Of a stretch of DNA of 47,612 nucleotides, positions 1 through 9,760 are shown in pieces. A model generated the notes under the pieces. The model ran no database searches, had not been told where the DNA came from, and worked only from the letters and a program-made list of their open reading frames with translations. The first letter of the stretch is position 1. Every line of letters starts with the position of its first letter. Source of the stretch: Chlorobiota bacterium (GTDB taxonomy: Bacteria > Bacteroidota > Ignavibacteria > Kapaibacteriales > UBA2268). Made by a program: the position numbers and the translations under genes. The DNA lies in contig JBDHXE010000002.1 of assembly GCA_039810525.1 (NCBI GenBank), positions 1 to 47,612 on the forward strand. Direction: 5' to 3'.

Positions 1-853
1 ATGTATTAGCAACTTGATAACGAGTCAAATCAATTGGGTGATCCGAACATAATTCTGTATAAATTCTCTTATCAAATTTGCCATAAGAAGAGCCACCTAT
101 ATTAAGAGCTTCGTAACCACCATTATTTTCTGGCAATTTCTGTTTAATTATATCAGCTTGTATAGTTACACCAATATGATTGGCTTGACCAGTCAAATCG
201 GCAGACAAATGATAATCCTTATCCTTTTTGAAAGCAGGGTTTCTCAAATAGCACCACAATACCGTCCCCATACCCAATTCGTGAGCTGCTTGGAAAGCTT
301 CTGCTATCTCTACTATTTGGCGTCCTGACTCTTCCGAACCAAAATATATGGTAGCACCAATAGCTGCAGCACCCATATCATAAGCTTGCTCTACCCTACC
401 AAATAATATTTGGTCAAATTTATTAGGCACAGTCAATAATTCATTATGATTGATCTTAACTATAAAAGGGATCTTATGAGCATACTTACGAGATACTATT
501 CCTAATACACCAAATGTAGAAGCTACTGCATTACAGCCACCTTCTATTGCTAATTTTACTATATTCTCAGCATCAAAATAAATTGGATTTTTCGCAAAGC
601 TAGCACCAGCACTATGCTCAATTCCTTGATCTACTGGGAGAATTGACATATAACCAGTATTTGCCAGTCTACCATTACTATATATCCATTGCAAATTACC
701 AATTACCCTATTATTTCTATCCGAATTAGTAAATACCCTGTCTATAAAATCATTACCCGGCAAGGTCAAACTCTCTTTGGATATTTTAGGGTTTTCAAAT
801 CCAAGTAAATAATCTTGCTTATCACCAAGCAATTCTTTGATTTTTTCTATCAT
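1..853 (-). CDS. fbaB: Class I fructose-bisphosphate aldolase (3' end runs off the window)
   Basis: Not in the ORF track. Manual translation from ATG at 853: [17 protein letters not shown]...[30 protein letters not shown]...[11 protein letters not shown]...[10 protein letters not shown]...LWCYLRN...[24 protein letters not shown]. These are signature segments of FbaB/DhnA. Confidence 0.95.
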   Translation of the reverse strand, partial: MIEKIKELLGDKQDYLLGFENPKISKESLTLPGNDFIDRVFTNSDRNNRVIGNLQWIYSNGRLANTGYMSILPVDQGIEHSAGASFAKNPIYFDAENIVKLAIEGGCNAVASTFGVLGIVSRKYAHKIPFIVKINHNELLTVPNKFDQILFGRVEQAYDMGAAAIGATIYFGSEESGRQIVEIAEAFQAAHELGMGTVLWCYLRNPAFKKDKDYHLSADLTGQANHIGVTIQADIIKQKLPENNGGYEALNIGGSSYGKFDKRIYTELCSDHPIDLTRYQVANT

Positions 854-951
854 TTTTTCAATTCTCCAATTTTATTATTAAGGAATTAAACCGTCATTTA
901 TTAAATTGTAATAATTTATTTTACAAATTTAAGAAACTTAAAGATAATATA

Positions 952-2187
952 ATGCCTAAATTAACGATACTAATAATTATTTCTTTTATCATAAGCAATT
1001 ATGCTTACTCACAATACCAATGCAAAGACTATTTACTTCTCGATGGTATGGAGCCTCTTAAATCTTTAGGTATGGATACTACCACCAATTGGTGGGCTAT
1101 CACTGAGCCATTTTCGGGTATGAATAGAATTATCATTTCTGGAAATACAAGCAAGACTTTTGTTAATATACTAGATCCTGTATTTTCGCCTGATGGTAAT
1201 AGATGGGCATATTTTGCAGAAGATAATGTATCGCTTTTGTTAGTGCAGAATGATACTACTATTAATTTAGGAGCTGCTAAACCGGGGAAAATTCATTTTA
1301 GCGGCAATTCTGAACAATTAGCTTATTCGTATTACATTAATAATACAGAATTTATACATCTTAATGATAAAAAAATAGAAGTTATTAATGGTACTCGCGA
1401 CTTTGTGGTAGATTATTACGGTAATTCGCTAGCATTTATTATCAGAAAAGGCAACAACTCCTATATTGTAAAAAACTATACAGAATACGGCATATATGAT
1501 GATATCAAAATACTTGGTTTTGATGAAAACAGCAAAATTGTGTATGCCGCCAAATCAGGTAATGGCTGGGAATTTTATAAAGATGACCGAGCAATATCAG
1601 ATATTTATAGTAGTGTAAATGAAATTAAAGTAAATTTAGAAGGCACTGTATTTGCCGCTATCGTACAAAATATGTCTGGCAAATATCAAGCTATGCTAAT
1701 ATCTAACGAATATTATGAGCCACTTGTAGGTATGCCTTATGATAAAGCATCAGGGTTAACTCTACACCCTACTTTAGCTCTATATGCTTATTTAGCCGAG
1801 AGAAATTTGGTAAATTATATTGTATATAATAGTGCTGAGTATGCTGGCGGGCAATTTAATGGTAATCCACAATTTTCTTGGAACGGCGACGAATTATATT
1901 ATATCTCATGCGATATTGATTGTTATATAGGTATTAATGGTAAAAGAAATTTATTAAACAATACTATCGACGTAAACTCCAAATTGGCAATAGCACCCAA
2001 TACTAATACGTATGCTTATTCTACTTCGAGTTCATTGGTAGTAGCGCGTATGGATTCCAAAGAGCTAACAGCTGGCATGATGGTAGATCTTGTAATGCCA
2101 CCACGTTATAATAGATTTGACAATCGCTACGAAACTCTCGGCGTAATCAACAACAAACTATATATGATGACTTGCAGACCACGATAA
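952..2187 (+). CDS. Secreted TolB/PD40-like repeat (beta-propeller-like) protein
   Basis: Signal peptide (NYAYS|Q). About ten repeats of roughly 38 aa with FSPDGxxxAY-like motifs (FSPDGNRWAY, FSGNSEQLAY, FSWNGDELYY). Confidence 0.65.
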   Translation: MPKLTILIIISFIISNYAYSQYQCKDYLLLDGMEPLKSLGMDTTTNWWAITEPFSGMNRIIISGNTSKTFVNILDPVFSPDGNRWAYFAEDNVSLLLVQNDTTINLGAAKPGKIHFSGNSEQLAYSYYINNTEFIHLNDKKIEVINGTRDFVVDYYGNSLAFIIRKGNNSYIVKNYTEYGIYDDIKILGFDENSKIVYAAKSGNGWEFYKDDRAISDIYSSVNEIKVNLEGTVFAAIVQNMSGKYQAMLISNEYYEPLVGMPYDKASGLTLHPTLALYAYLAERNLVNYIVYNSAEYAGGQFNGNPQFSWNGDELYYISCDIDCYIGINGKRNLLNNTIDVNSKLAIAPNTNTYAYSTSSSLVVARMDSKELTAGMMVDLVMPPRYNRFDNRYETLGVINNKLYMMTCRPR

Positions 2188-2282
2188 AGTATTTGTTTCA
2201 TTATAAGAAAAATTACTGCTATTGAGAATACAGATAGATAAATCTCTAATTTGACTTAAGAAATTAGCAAATATATTATTTA

Positions 2283-2942
2283 TTAAAATTTTACTCCAGC
2301 AAGTATTGATTGGAAAGTGTCGTTAATCTCTTGTTGTTTAGGTATAGCATTATAATCAACCACCATTGGCAGAAGAGTCATTTCATAATACTCGCCTATT
2401 GTAGATATAAATACTGCAGATTGAGAAGCTGCTGCTGCATTACCGCCAGCATATTCATATTTTACAAATCTTTTTGTGCCCATTTTGATAGGCAGATATT
2501 TCCCTATTTGCTTAATATTACCAGCAGATTTGTTCTCTTTTTTAACAAAAGAATACCAAGCCAAAGCATATAGACCTTCGTCTCTTATTCGCTTTTCATA
2601 TTCATTGGAATGTGATAAATTAGATACTATTAAGCTAAGATTGTAAGATTTATTGACTGCAACATACAATACATCTTTAGATATTTTATCTTCTACATCT
2701 ACCAAAAACCAATCTTTTGGCAAAAACGCAATCATATCACCTTTCTCTGAACGCAACATATTATTAGACAATTCTAATATTGGTTTTGGCGAAATATCTA
2801 TTTCTTTCTCTACTTCTATTTCTTCTTCATTGTCATATTTTACTATAATACAAGAATTGAAAGTGATTGCAAATATAACAAAAATCAAACTGATGGTTAA
2901 ATATTTAAAAAATCTAATATTCAAGTTTCTAATATTCCTCAA
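2283..2942 (-). CDS. Hypothetical lipoprotein
   Basis: Hydrophobic N-terminus with lipobox-like FNS|C. Start is TTG at 2942 or 2924; directly follows fpr. Confidence 0.7.
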   Translation of the reverse strand: MRNIRNLNIRFFKYLTISLIFVIFAITFNSCIIVKYDNEEEIEVEKEIDISPKPILELSNNMLRSEKGDMIAFLPKDWFLVDVEDKISKDVLYVAVNKSYNLSLIVSNLSHSNEYEKRIRDEGLYALAWYSFVKKENKSAGNIKQIGKYLPIKMGTKRFVKYEYAGGNAAAASQSAVFISTIGEYYEMTLLPMVVDYNAIPKQQEINDTFQSILAGVKF

Positions 2943-3729
2943 TATGAAGACTACCTGGTTGGTCTTCGCAATTTTTAGTATAGTTTTTATTAATAAGAAA
3001 GCTCGATACCGACTCTACCATTTTAGGGTTACCACATAAGAAAAAGTGAGTTTTTTCGGGCGATATTTCTATACCAGCTTCATTTTCTAATAATTTATTA
3101 TCCAAATGTTTTTCTATATAGCCAGTCAGGCCAGTCCATGACGAATCAGCTTTGAGTAAAGTTGGAAAATAGAAGAAATTCTTAAAGGAATTTTTAACTA
3201 AAGCTAGTTCTGAATAATAACCTAAATCCCATTGGTATGCGGCCCCATGTAGAATAGCTAACTTAGTATTGTGGTGCTCGGCTAAATGAGAACGCAAGAA
3301 ACTCATAAAAGGAGCTAACCCAGTACCTGTAGCTATCATTACTATATTAGAGCCCTTAGGCACTTGATTAATATTAAAAGAGCCAAGAATTTGGTTATCT
3401 ATCCACATTCTACGGCCATGAGTCAGGCTAAATAATCGTGGAGTAAGCTGCCCACTCTTTACTTGACTAATATAAAATTCAAATTCTCTGGTATCATAAT
3501 TAGCAGAAGCTATAGAATATGGTCTTTTAATCAAAAAGTCATCATTAAGATTTTCCATTGCCATAACCGAATTAGGAGAACGTGGCTCTTTGGCTAATAG
3601 CCCAATTGTAGTATATTGCCCAGCAATAAATTGTTCTCTTGGCTCATCGGTTTTGAGTCTCAATATCATCAAATCAGGTGTAAGTTGTATTTTTCCAATT
3701 ACAGTAGCATTATATGGGCTTTTATTCAT
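2929..3729 (-). CDS. fpr: Ferredoxin(flavodoxin)--NADP+ reductase
   Basis: RPYSIAS FAD motif, GQLTPRL, MIATGTGLAPF, FLCGNPKMV and C-terminal IEEY. Confidence 0.9.
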   Translation of the reverse strand: MNKSPYNATVIGKIQLTPDLMILRLKTDEPREQFIAGQYTTIGLLAKEPRSPNSVMAMENLNDDFLIKRPYSIASANYDTREFEFYISQVKSGQLTPRLFSLTHGRRMWIDNQILGSFNINQVPKGSNIVMIATGTGLAPFMSFLRSHLAEHHNTKLAILHGAAYQWDLGYYSELALVKNSFKNFFYFPTLLKADSSWTGLTGYIEKHLDNKLLENEAGIEISPEKTHFFLCGNPKMVESVSSFLINKNYTKNCEDQPGSLHIEEY

Positions 3730-3930
3730 AATTATATAAAATATATTCTACCAATTTTACAAAGATAAAGAAAAAGTTTAACTTTATTAATAGGAATTAC
3801 AAAATTATATTAAACTGCGATTAGCAAATTATTAACATTTTGCTATACTTTTTCTTAATTTATACACATTTCATAAAATTCAAATATTTGCTATATTTAT
3901 TAATAAATTATTAGATATTGTGGTATATAA

Positions 3931-4452
3931 TCATCGCAATTTCTGATTTCTTAATTCTCTTACCATTATAAATAGGTATTGGAACAAAGTATATAGCATT
4001 GCCGCTACTGCTAATATAATACCATAACTGTAAGCATAGGTATTATCTATCACTAAGCCAAAGGTAACTAATAGTATTAGAGTGTAAGTTATTTTTCCCT
4101 CGAATGTAGAAGTAAGGGTAATCTTAATTTTGCTTTTAGCATATAGCCCACCAATTAATATCATTAAATCTCTTATTATAATACTTAGAAAGAACCACAG
4201 TGGCATAATATCAGTAATAACTAAGGTCAAGCCAACTACCCCAATAAAGAATTTGTCGGCAAGAGGATCTAATATTTTACCTAAATCAGTAATTTGATTA
4301 AATTTGCGAGCTAAATAACCATCAAAAAAATCAGTACTTCCTGCTAAAATACCCAATATGATAGCTGAGGGTATATCTTGAATATACAGCAAATATGCTA
4401 CTGGTATTGTAAGTATCATTCTAAATACACTTAATCCGTTTGATATATTCAT
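3931..4452 (-). CDS. CDP-alcohol phosphatidyltransferase (PgsA-like)
   Basis: DFFDGYLARKFNQITDLGKILDPLADK matches the DxxDGxxAR...GxxxDxxxD signature. Confidence 0.92.
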   Translation of the reverse strand: MNISNGLSVFRMILTIPVAYLLYIQDIPSAIILGILAGSTDFFDGYLARKFNQITDLGKILDPLADKFFIGVVGLTLVITDIMPLWFFLSIIIRDLMILIGGLYAKSKIKITLTSTFEGKITYTLILLVTFGLVIDNTYAYSYGIILAVAAMLYTLFQYLFIMVRELRNQKLR

Positions 4453-5813
4453 TTTTTTCTAATATATATTAAAATTGCACTAAAAATTATAGCAAAAATA
4501 ATCGCAGGAAACATAGGTTCAAAATCTAAGCCAAAATTAATAAGTTTTTGCCTAAATATAGTAAATATAAGTGCAATTAGCGAGCTTATACTCATAATTA
4601 TAATTGAATCCTTTGATTTTAATACTGTTTTGTTAAAATACGTAACTGTCAATGGCACAATAAGGCCCGGTATAGCTATAGATGATGTTTTATATATTAA
4701 ATCAATTGCTGATGGTATTGTAATTGCTAATAAAATACCTATCAATGAACTAATTAACAACCCAATTCTTATTTTTTTTTCATCTGTACCCATAATATAT
4801 TTATTTAATATATCTCTACCAATGGTAATACCACTAATGAAAGAATAACTATTCAATGTGGACATTATTACCGCTAATAACGATACAATAAATATCCCTT
4901 TTACTAATGGTGGTAGTACCAAATCTCCTAATATGGGGTACGACATAACTGCTTGTATATTAGGTAAATTAGCTTTTGCATATAGCCCTGTTGACAAGGT
5001 CAAAAAATCAAATAAAGCCCAAAATAATATAGACAAAAGTACTCCATTGCGTGCTGTTTTTGGCGATTTGGCAGCAGCACATCTTTGGTGAAATGAAGGG
5101 TCTACAAATGTTTGAAATGCAATAATATACCACGATAGTACATATTGCCAGCTTAGATCCCCAAATATAGTCAGATGACTGGAAGGTAATTTTGGTGCAT
5201 TTTCGCTAAAGAATCCAAATTGATGATACGAGAATACAAACAACAACATAAATCCAACAAACATAAGTATGAATTGTGCAGTATTGGTATATACGTCTGC
5301 TCTAAATCCGCCAGTAAAAAGATATATTAGCGAAAGTATAGCTCCTAATATTATGGATAACCATAAGGGCCACCCCGACAACATCTGAATAATCACTCCC
5401 AACATCAGTATATAAGCAGCTGGTATTGTGATTGCTAAAATAACAATAGAAGCTATTATACCCGCCTTTTTGCCATAGTAATACTCTATCTGTTCTGGTA
5501 TTGAGCTAAACCCTAATTTACGAATTTTACTTGCAATCATACTACCAAAAAGCGCCGCAGCAATATAATATGGAAGACCAAAGCATACCCATGCAACCAA
5601 TCCAGAATTATAAACAAACTCGCCTACGGCAAGAATTGAACCATACCATGTAGCTACCAAAGTGGCAATAAACAATGGTAGAGTTAGTTTGCGGCCTGCA
5701 AGAATAAAATCATCTTTGTTAGTTTTTTTTTGTTTGCTTGTGAAAAAACCAATGAATAGAATAAGAATAAAATAGGAAATTATGACTATATTATCGACTA
5801 ACTCTAATTTCAT
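4449..5813 (-). CDS. Sodium:solute symporter (SSS) family transporter
   Basis: DFILAGRKL, GGFRADVYTN, HQRCAAAKSPKTAR and LLAVIMSTLNS motifs; many TM segments. Confidence 0.9.
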   Translation of the reverse strand: MKLELVDNIVIISYFILILFIGFFTSKQKKTNKDDFILAGRKLTLPLFIATLVATWYGSILAVGEFVYNSGLVAWVCFGLPYYIAAALFGSMIASKIRKLGFSSIPEQIEYYYGKKAGIIASIVILAITIPAAYILMLGVIIQMLSGWPLWLSIILGAILSLIYLFTGGFRADVYTNTAQFILMFVGFMLLFVFSYHQFGFFSENAPKLPSSHLTIFGDLSWQYVLSWYIIAFQTFVDPSFHQRCAAAKSPKTARNGVLLSILFWALFDFLTLSTGLYAKANLPNIQAVMSYPILGDLVLPPLVKGIFIVSLLAVIMSTLNSYSFISGITIGRDILNKYIMGTDEKKIRIGLLISSLIGILLAITIPSAIDLIYKTSSIAIPGLIVPLTVTYFNKTVLKSKDSIIIMSISSLIALIFTIFRQKLINFGLDFEPMFPAIIFAIIFSAILIYIRKK

Positions 5814-5903
5814 AATTGGAGATTAAAGCAAATTAAGGATAAATGTATAAGAAATATATTAATTTTATATCTTAGCAATATTATTTATATATATTAATTA
5901 GTT

Positions 5904-6503
5904 CTAAAAGGATAATAACTTTAGTCCAATTGCAACTTCAATTTTAGATTTTTTAATATCAAAATCTTGAAATCCAGATTGAGCTTGATATATATCGTTG
6001 AGCCCTGCTACATATCTGATATCTAAAGAAAAATTGGACAAATCTGCGCCTATACCTAATTTGGCACCATATATGAAATTTTTAAAATCTCTACCTTGTA
6101 TCTCATTTAGAGCATCGTCTATGCCTTTGTCGGTAAGATAAGAAGCAAACACTCCACCTTGTATATTAATTGAAAATATTTGATTGTTAATTATCTTAAA
6201 TCCAAGCAAAGCACCCAAGTCTAACGATCTTTGGTTTACCTTATAGTTAGTAAAAGTATTGTTAGAATTAATATTCAGTTTACCCCCATCTAAAGAATAC
6301 ATTAGTTCGGTCTGAATAAAAAATGTATCCCCAATTCGCATAAAAGCACCTACTTCTAATCCACTTTTCAAATCAGATGATATATCAGATTCATTCGTGT
6401 TAAATTTAGAAGCAGTATATCCAGCTTTGGCTCCAATATCAAAATTAGCCATCGAAACTACTGGGAACATAGTTAGAATAATGAGTAAAATAGTTTTTTT
6501 CAT
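5904..6503 (-). CDS. Outer membrane beta-barrel (porin/PorT-like) protein
   Basis: Signal peptide, IGAKAG start, amphipathic strands, LDIRYVAGL, C-terminal Phe. Confidence 0.8.
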   Translation of the reverse strand: MKKTILLIILTMFPVVSMANFDIGAKAGYTASKFNTNESDISSDLKSGLEVGAFMRIGDTFFIQTELMYSLDGGKLNINSNNTFTNYKVNQRSLDLGALLGFKIINNQIFSINIQGGVFASYLTDKGIDDALNEIQGRDFKNFIYGAKLGIGADLSNFSLDIRYVAGLNDIYQAQSGFQDFDIKKSKIEVAIGLKLLSF

Positions 6504-6630
6504 ATATCATCTTTATTAATTGATCAAATATAATGTATTAAACGAATGAAACTTATTTTGATACAAATATATTTTAAATTATATTAAATTTTTAATTATT
6601 CTAAAATTGAAAATATTATATAGGAGAAAA

Positions 6631-8049
6631 ATGGAAGGTAATAAAAAGATCAAATTCAAAGATTTTCCGATGACATTTTGGATAGTGATTATATTTGAGT
6701 TTTTCGAACGCGGTGCATATTATGGTGTGATGAGTGTACTCTCTGTATATTTAACAGATATATTAGGGTTTTCAAAAATGCAGGTAGGTACTATCAAGGG
6801 TACTATACAGCCATTACTATATTTTTTACCTATTTTGTCGGGTGCAATAGCAGACAAAATGGGGTATAGACGAACTCTAATGGTTGCTTTTTCGTTGTTG
6901 GGCTTAGGATATTTCCTAACATCTCAATCTACAACCTATTTGCCAGTATTCATTTTTCTAATTATTATGGGTTTAGGGGCCGGTATTTTTAAACCAATCA
7001 TATCTGGCTCGATAGCCAAAGTAACTAATGAAGAAAACTCTTCTTTGGGATTTGGTATATACTATTGGTCTATCAATTTGGGAGCATTTTTATTCCCACT
7101 TATATTAGTGCCATATTTGAAATCTATAGATTGGTCTTATGTATTATTGATGGCCGCAGTTGCTACAGGCTTAATGATAGTTCCAACTTTCATATTTTAC
7201 AAAGAACCTACCATAAATGAAAAGTCTAATGAATCTTTAATGACAAGTATTAAGCAAATTTTTGAGAAAATCAAAGTAGTATTTATGGACTGGAGATTTA
7301 TATTATTTATATTTATCTATTCATGGTTTTGGATATTATACTTCCAAATGTTTGACAGTGTATTATGGTATGTCAAAGATTTTGTAGATGCAAGCTCATT
7401 AGATGTTTTTTTATCTAAATATCTGCCCATAGTTGGCAAGTTTGATGTAGAGCATGTTACAGTGATAAATGCTCTAACAATTATTCTACTGCAATTATTT
7501 ATTTCTAATATAGTCAAAAATACTAAAGCTCTACCTACTATGCTGGTAGGTATAGGTCTAGGTACAATTGGTATGGCTATTTTGGCTATTAGTTCTAATA
7601 TTTGGGTATTTATTATTGGTATCATAATATTTTCAATAGGCGAAATGACTGCTCATCCTAAATTTATTTCGTATTTAGGATTAATTGCACCAGAAGACAA
7701 GAAGGCTACATATATGGGTTTTGGATTCTTATACGGTTTTTTTGGTTCATTGATAGGTAGTTTTTTGGGGGCATGGCTATATATTAAATTTGTAGATCAT
7801 CCTATGATTAGGTTTATCAATAGTAAATTGATAGCTGCTAATATGAACATATTGCCAATGAATTCTAAGATTTCTGATGCTATCGTAGTAGCAGAAAATA
7901 TTGGATTAAGTAAGGCAGATATTTCACAATATGCACATACTACTGAATTATGGATACTATTTGCAATGATTGGCGTACTATGTATAATTGGTCTCTTAGC
8001 TTATCAGAAATTTATATTGCCAAATGCTAATCATAATAAACACGCATAA
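6631..8049 (+). CDS. MFS transporter, POT/PTR peptide transporter-like
   Basis: EFFERGAYYG (ExxER motif), GAIADKMGYRR and YYWSINLGA. ATG at 6631 is preceded by AGGAG; the ORF track starts at TTG 6607. Confidence 0.88.
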   Translation: MEGNKKIKFKDFPMTFWIVIIFEFFERGAYYGVMSVLSVYLTDILGFSKMQVGTIKGTIQPLLYFLPILSGAIADKMGYRRTLMVAFSLLGLGYFLTSQSTTYLPVFIFLIIMGLGAGIFKPIISGSIAKVTNEENSSLGFGIYYWSINLGAFLFPLILVPYLKSIDWSYVLLMAAVATGLMIVPTFIFYKEPTINEKSNESLMTSIKQIFEKIKVVFMDWRFILFIFIYSWFWILYFQMFDSVLWYVKDFVDASSLDVFLSKYLPIVGKFDVEHVTVINALTIILLQLFISNIVKNTKALPTMLVGIGLGTIGMAILAISSNIWVFIIGIIIFSIGEMTAHPKFISYLGLIAPEDKKATYMGFGFLYGFFGSLIGSFLGAWLYIKFVDHPMIRFINSKLIAANMNILPMNSKISDAIVVAENIGLSKADISQYAHTTELWILFAMIGVLCIIGLLAYQKFILPNANHNKHA

Positions 8050-8260
8050 TAACTAAATATTAAGCACAGTGGTTAATATTGACCACTATATTTGAATTTA
8101 AATCTCTTTTATTATAAAGCCAATATTATTTAGCTATATATATAATTTATTGAAATTATTGCAATTATTTGTTATTTTGATATTTATACTTTTTATTTTT
8201 GTAGAATAATACTATTTCGGTATTTTAATTGATGTATGTTTAATAATTAATGGAAATGTA

Positions 8261-8602
8261 ATGAGTATCTTTGAAGAATTTGATAAAAGAAGAGATCACG
8301 GCAATGAGTTAGTAATGGCTCAAGATTATTTCCCATATAAACGATTTTTCAATTTAGACACCAATGCTTTTAATTACGGTGCTATTGATGATAAAATCAA
8401 AGAATTGATGGGATTGTCTTGTTCGTTAGTAATGAGATGCAATGATTGCATACTTTATCATTTGAGGAATGCTTACAATAATGGGGCTACTATGGAAGAA
8501 TTTAATGAGACTATGAATATAGCTCTTACAATAAGCGGCTCGATTGTAATTCCTCATCTAAGATTGGCACTTGCAGCTTTAGAGGAATTAAAAAATAAAT
8601 AA
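8261..8602 (+). CDS. Carboxymuconolactone decarboxylase / AhpD-like protein
   Basis: GAIDDKIKELMGLSCSLVMRCNDCILYH contains the CxxC-H motif typical of the CMD/AhpD family. Confidence 0.85.
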   Translation: MSIFEEFDKRRDHGNELVMAQDYFPYKRFFNLDTNAFNYGAIDDKIKELMGLSCSLVMRCNDCILYHLRNAYNNGATMEEFNETMNIALTISGSIVIPHLRLALAALEELKNK

Positions 8603-8604
8603 AA

Positions 8605-9363
8605 TTGACTAATATGAGCGTTAGAAAGCAGAATATTTTAGAGTTGAGATCAAAAACCACGTACTTACGTGATGAATTGTCTAATCTATTGAGTAGGTGG
8701 TTTTATTTGAAGAATGTAGTCTTTCCACAAATAGATTATCGTTATAATCAATTATTTGGAGCAATTGAAAGCGAAATCGAACATTTTACACTAGAATTGC
8801 GTAAGCATAAAATGGCTCACTTCAAAGTAAACATTCAAAATATAGAATACGTATCTAATAGCAATATAGATAATTTAAATAATTGTGCAGAGTATATCTT
8901 CAATAGCGTCGAGAAAGCTTTCGAAAACAATCAAATACCTGACTTCTCTATCAATGTAGATTACGAAATTTCTAACCTATATAGACAATTAGTTAAAAAA
9001 TTACACCCAGATACGAGCAATGATATAGAGCTTTTTAACAAATATTGGATCAATGTACAAGATGCCTACCATACTAAAAATGTTCATAAACTAAGACTAT
9101 TTCATAAAATTATATGTTTTGACGAATATTTAGAATTGATTACGACAAGGAATCGCGAAAGAGTATTATCATTTGAGCTTAATGAATTAGAGAAAAGTAT
9201 TACTAATGAGAAAAGAAAAATAAATAGATTAATGAATCAGGAGCCATTTGTATTTATGAATAAATTATACGATGAGGAATGGGTAGCAGCAAGAAAAGAT
9301 TTTTTAAATAAAAAATTGAATAATTTAAAAGATAGAATTAACACTTACCAACATATTAATTAG
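8605..9363 (+). CDS. Coiled-coil protein with central J-domain-like segment
   Basis: YRQLVKKLHPD followed by VQDAY. Start is TTG 8605 or ATG 8614. Confidence 0.7.
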   Translation: MTNMSVRKQNILELRSKTTYLRDELSNLLSRWFYLKNVVFPQIDYRYNQLFGAIESEIEHFTLELRKHKMAHFKVNIQNIEYVSNSNIDNLNNCAEYIFNSVEKAFENNQIPDFSINVDYEISNLYRQLVKKLHPDTSNDIELFNKYWINVQDAYHTKNVHKLRLFHKIICFDEYLELITTRNRERVLSFELNELEKSITNEKRKINRLMNQEPFVFMNKLYDEEWVAARKDFLNKKLNNLKDRINTYQHIN

Positions 9364-9530
9364 AAATTGTGAGATTTATTTATTTCAGCATAACATAGGC
9401 TTATATTGAATATTAATATTTGTAATGGCACAGCTCTATAACATAAGAAGTTGCCTCATAAGTTAGATTTATATATTTTCGTTCATATTTCCTTGTTTTA
9501 AAATATTTATATAATTTAAAAAAAGTTGAA

Positions 9531-9549
9531 GGCGACAAGGCAGGTCGCC
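9531..9549. repeat. GC-rich palindrome, degenerate REP-like
   Basis: GGCGAC-AAGGCAG-GTCGCC in otherwise AT-rich intergenic DNA. Confidence 0.5.
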
Positions 9550-9586
9550 ATAAGCCCGTGACTGCAATAGACTTACGAAAAGGAAG

Positions 9587-9609
9587 CCCTACACTTGTGA
9601 AGAGTAGGG
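9587..9609. repeat. Hairpin CCCTAC..GTAGGG related to the element at 35731
   Basis: CCCTAC-ACTTGTGAAGA-GTAGGG; shares GCCCTACACTT with 35729-35739. Confidence 0.6.
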
Positions 9610-9658
9610 TTCTGAGAAGAATTCAAATAGTAAATGAAATCATAATTATAATCTTTTT

Positions 9659-9682
9659 GGACGGAGCAAGCTCCACCCCTAC
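9659..9682 (-). repeat. GTAG-family REP element
   Basis: Minus strand reads GTAG-GGGTGGAGC-TT-GCTCCGTCC: a GTAG foot plus an imperfect hairpin, the architecture of RAYT/TnpA(REP)-associated REPs. Confidence 0.7.
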
Positions 9683-9760
9683 TTAAACAAACAATATAAA
9701 TTATTCTTACACTATATCACTTTCTTATCAATCATTTTAAGTATGCTTTATCAATTTATC

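Noticed and set aside
5814-5903. Riboswitch (e.g. TPP) upstream of the SSS transporter
   Set aside because: The 90-bp spacer is almost pure A/T with no conserved aptamer words.
9364-9760. tRNA, tmRNA, SRP, 6S or RNase P RNA in the GC-richer intergenic patch
   Set aside because: No cloverleaf, T-loop or other conserved signatures. The GC content is explained by short isolated palindromes. A covariance-model search would be needed to exclude it fully.
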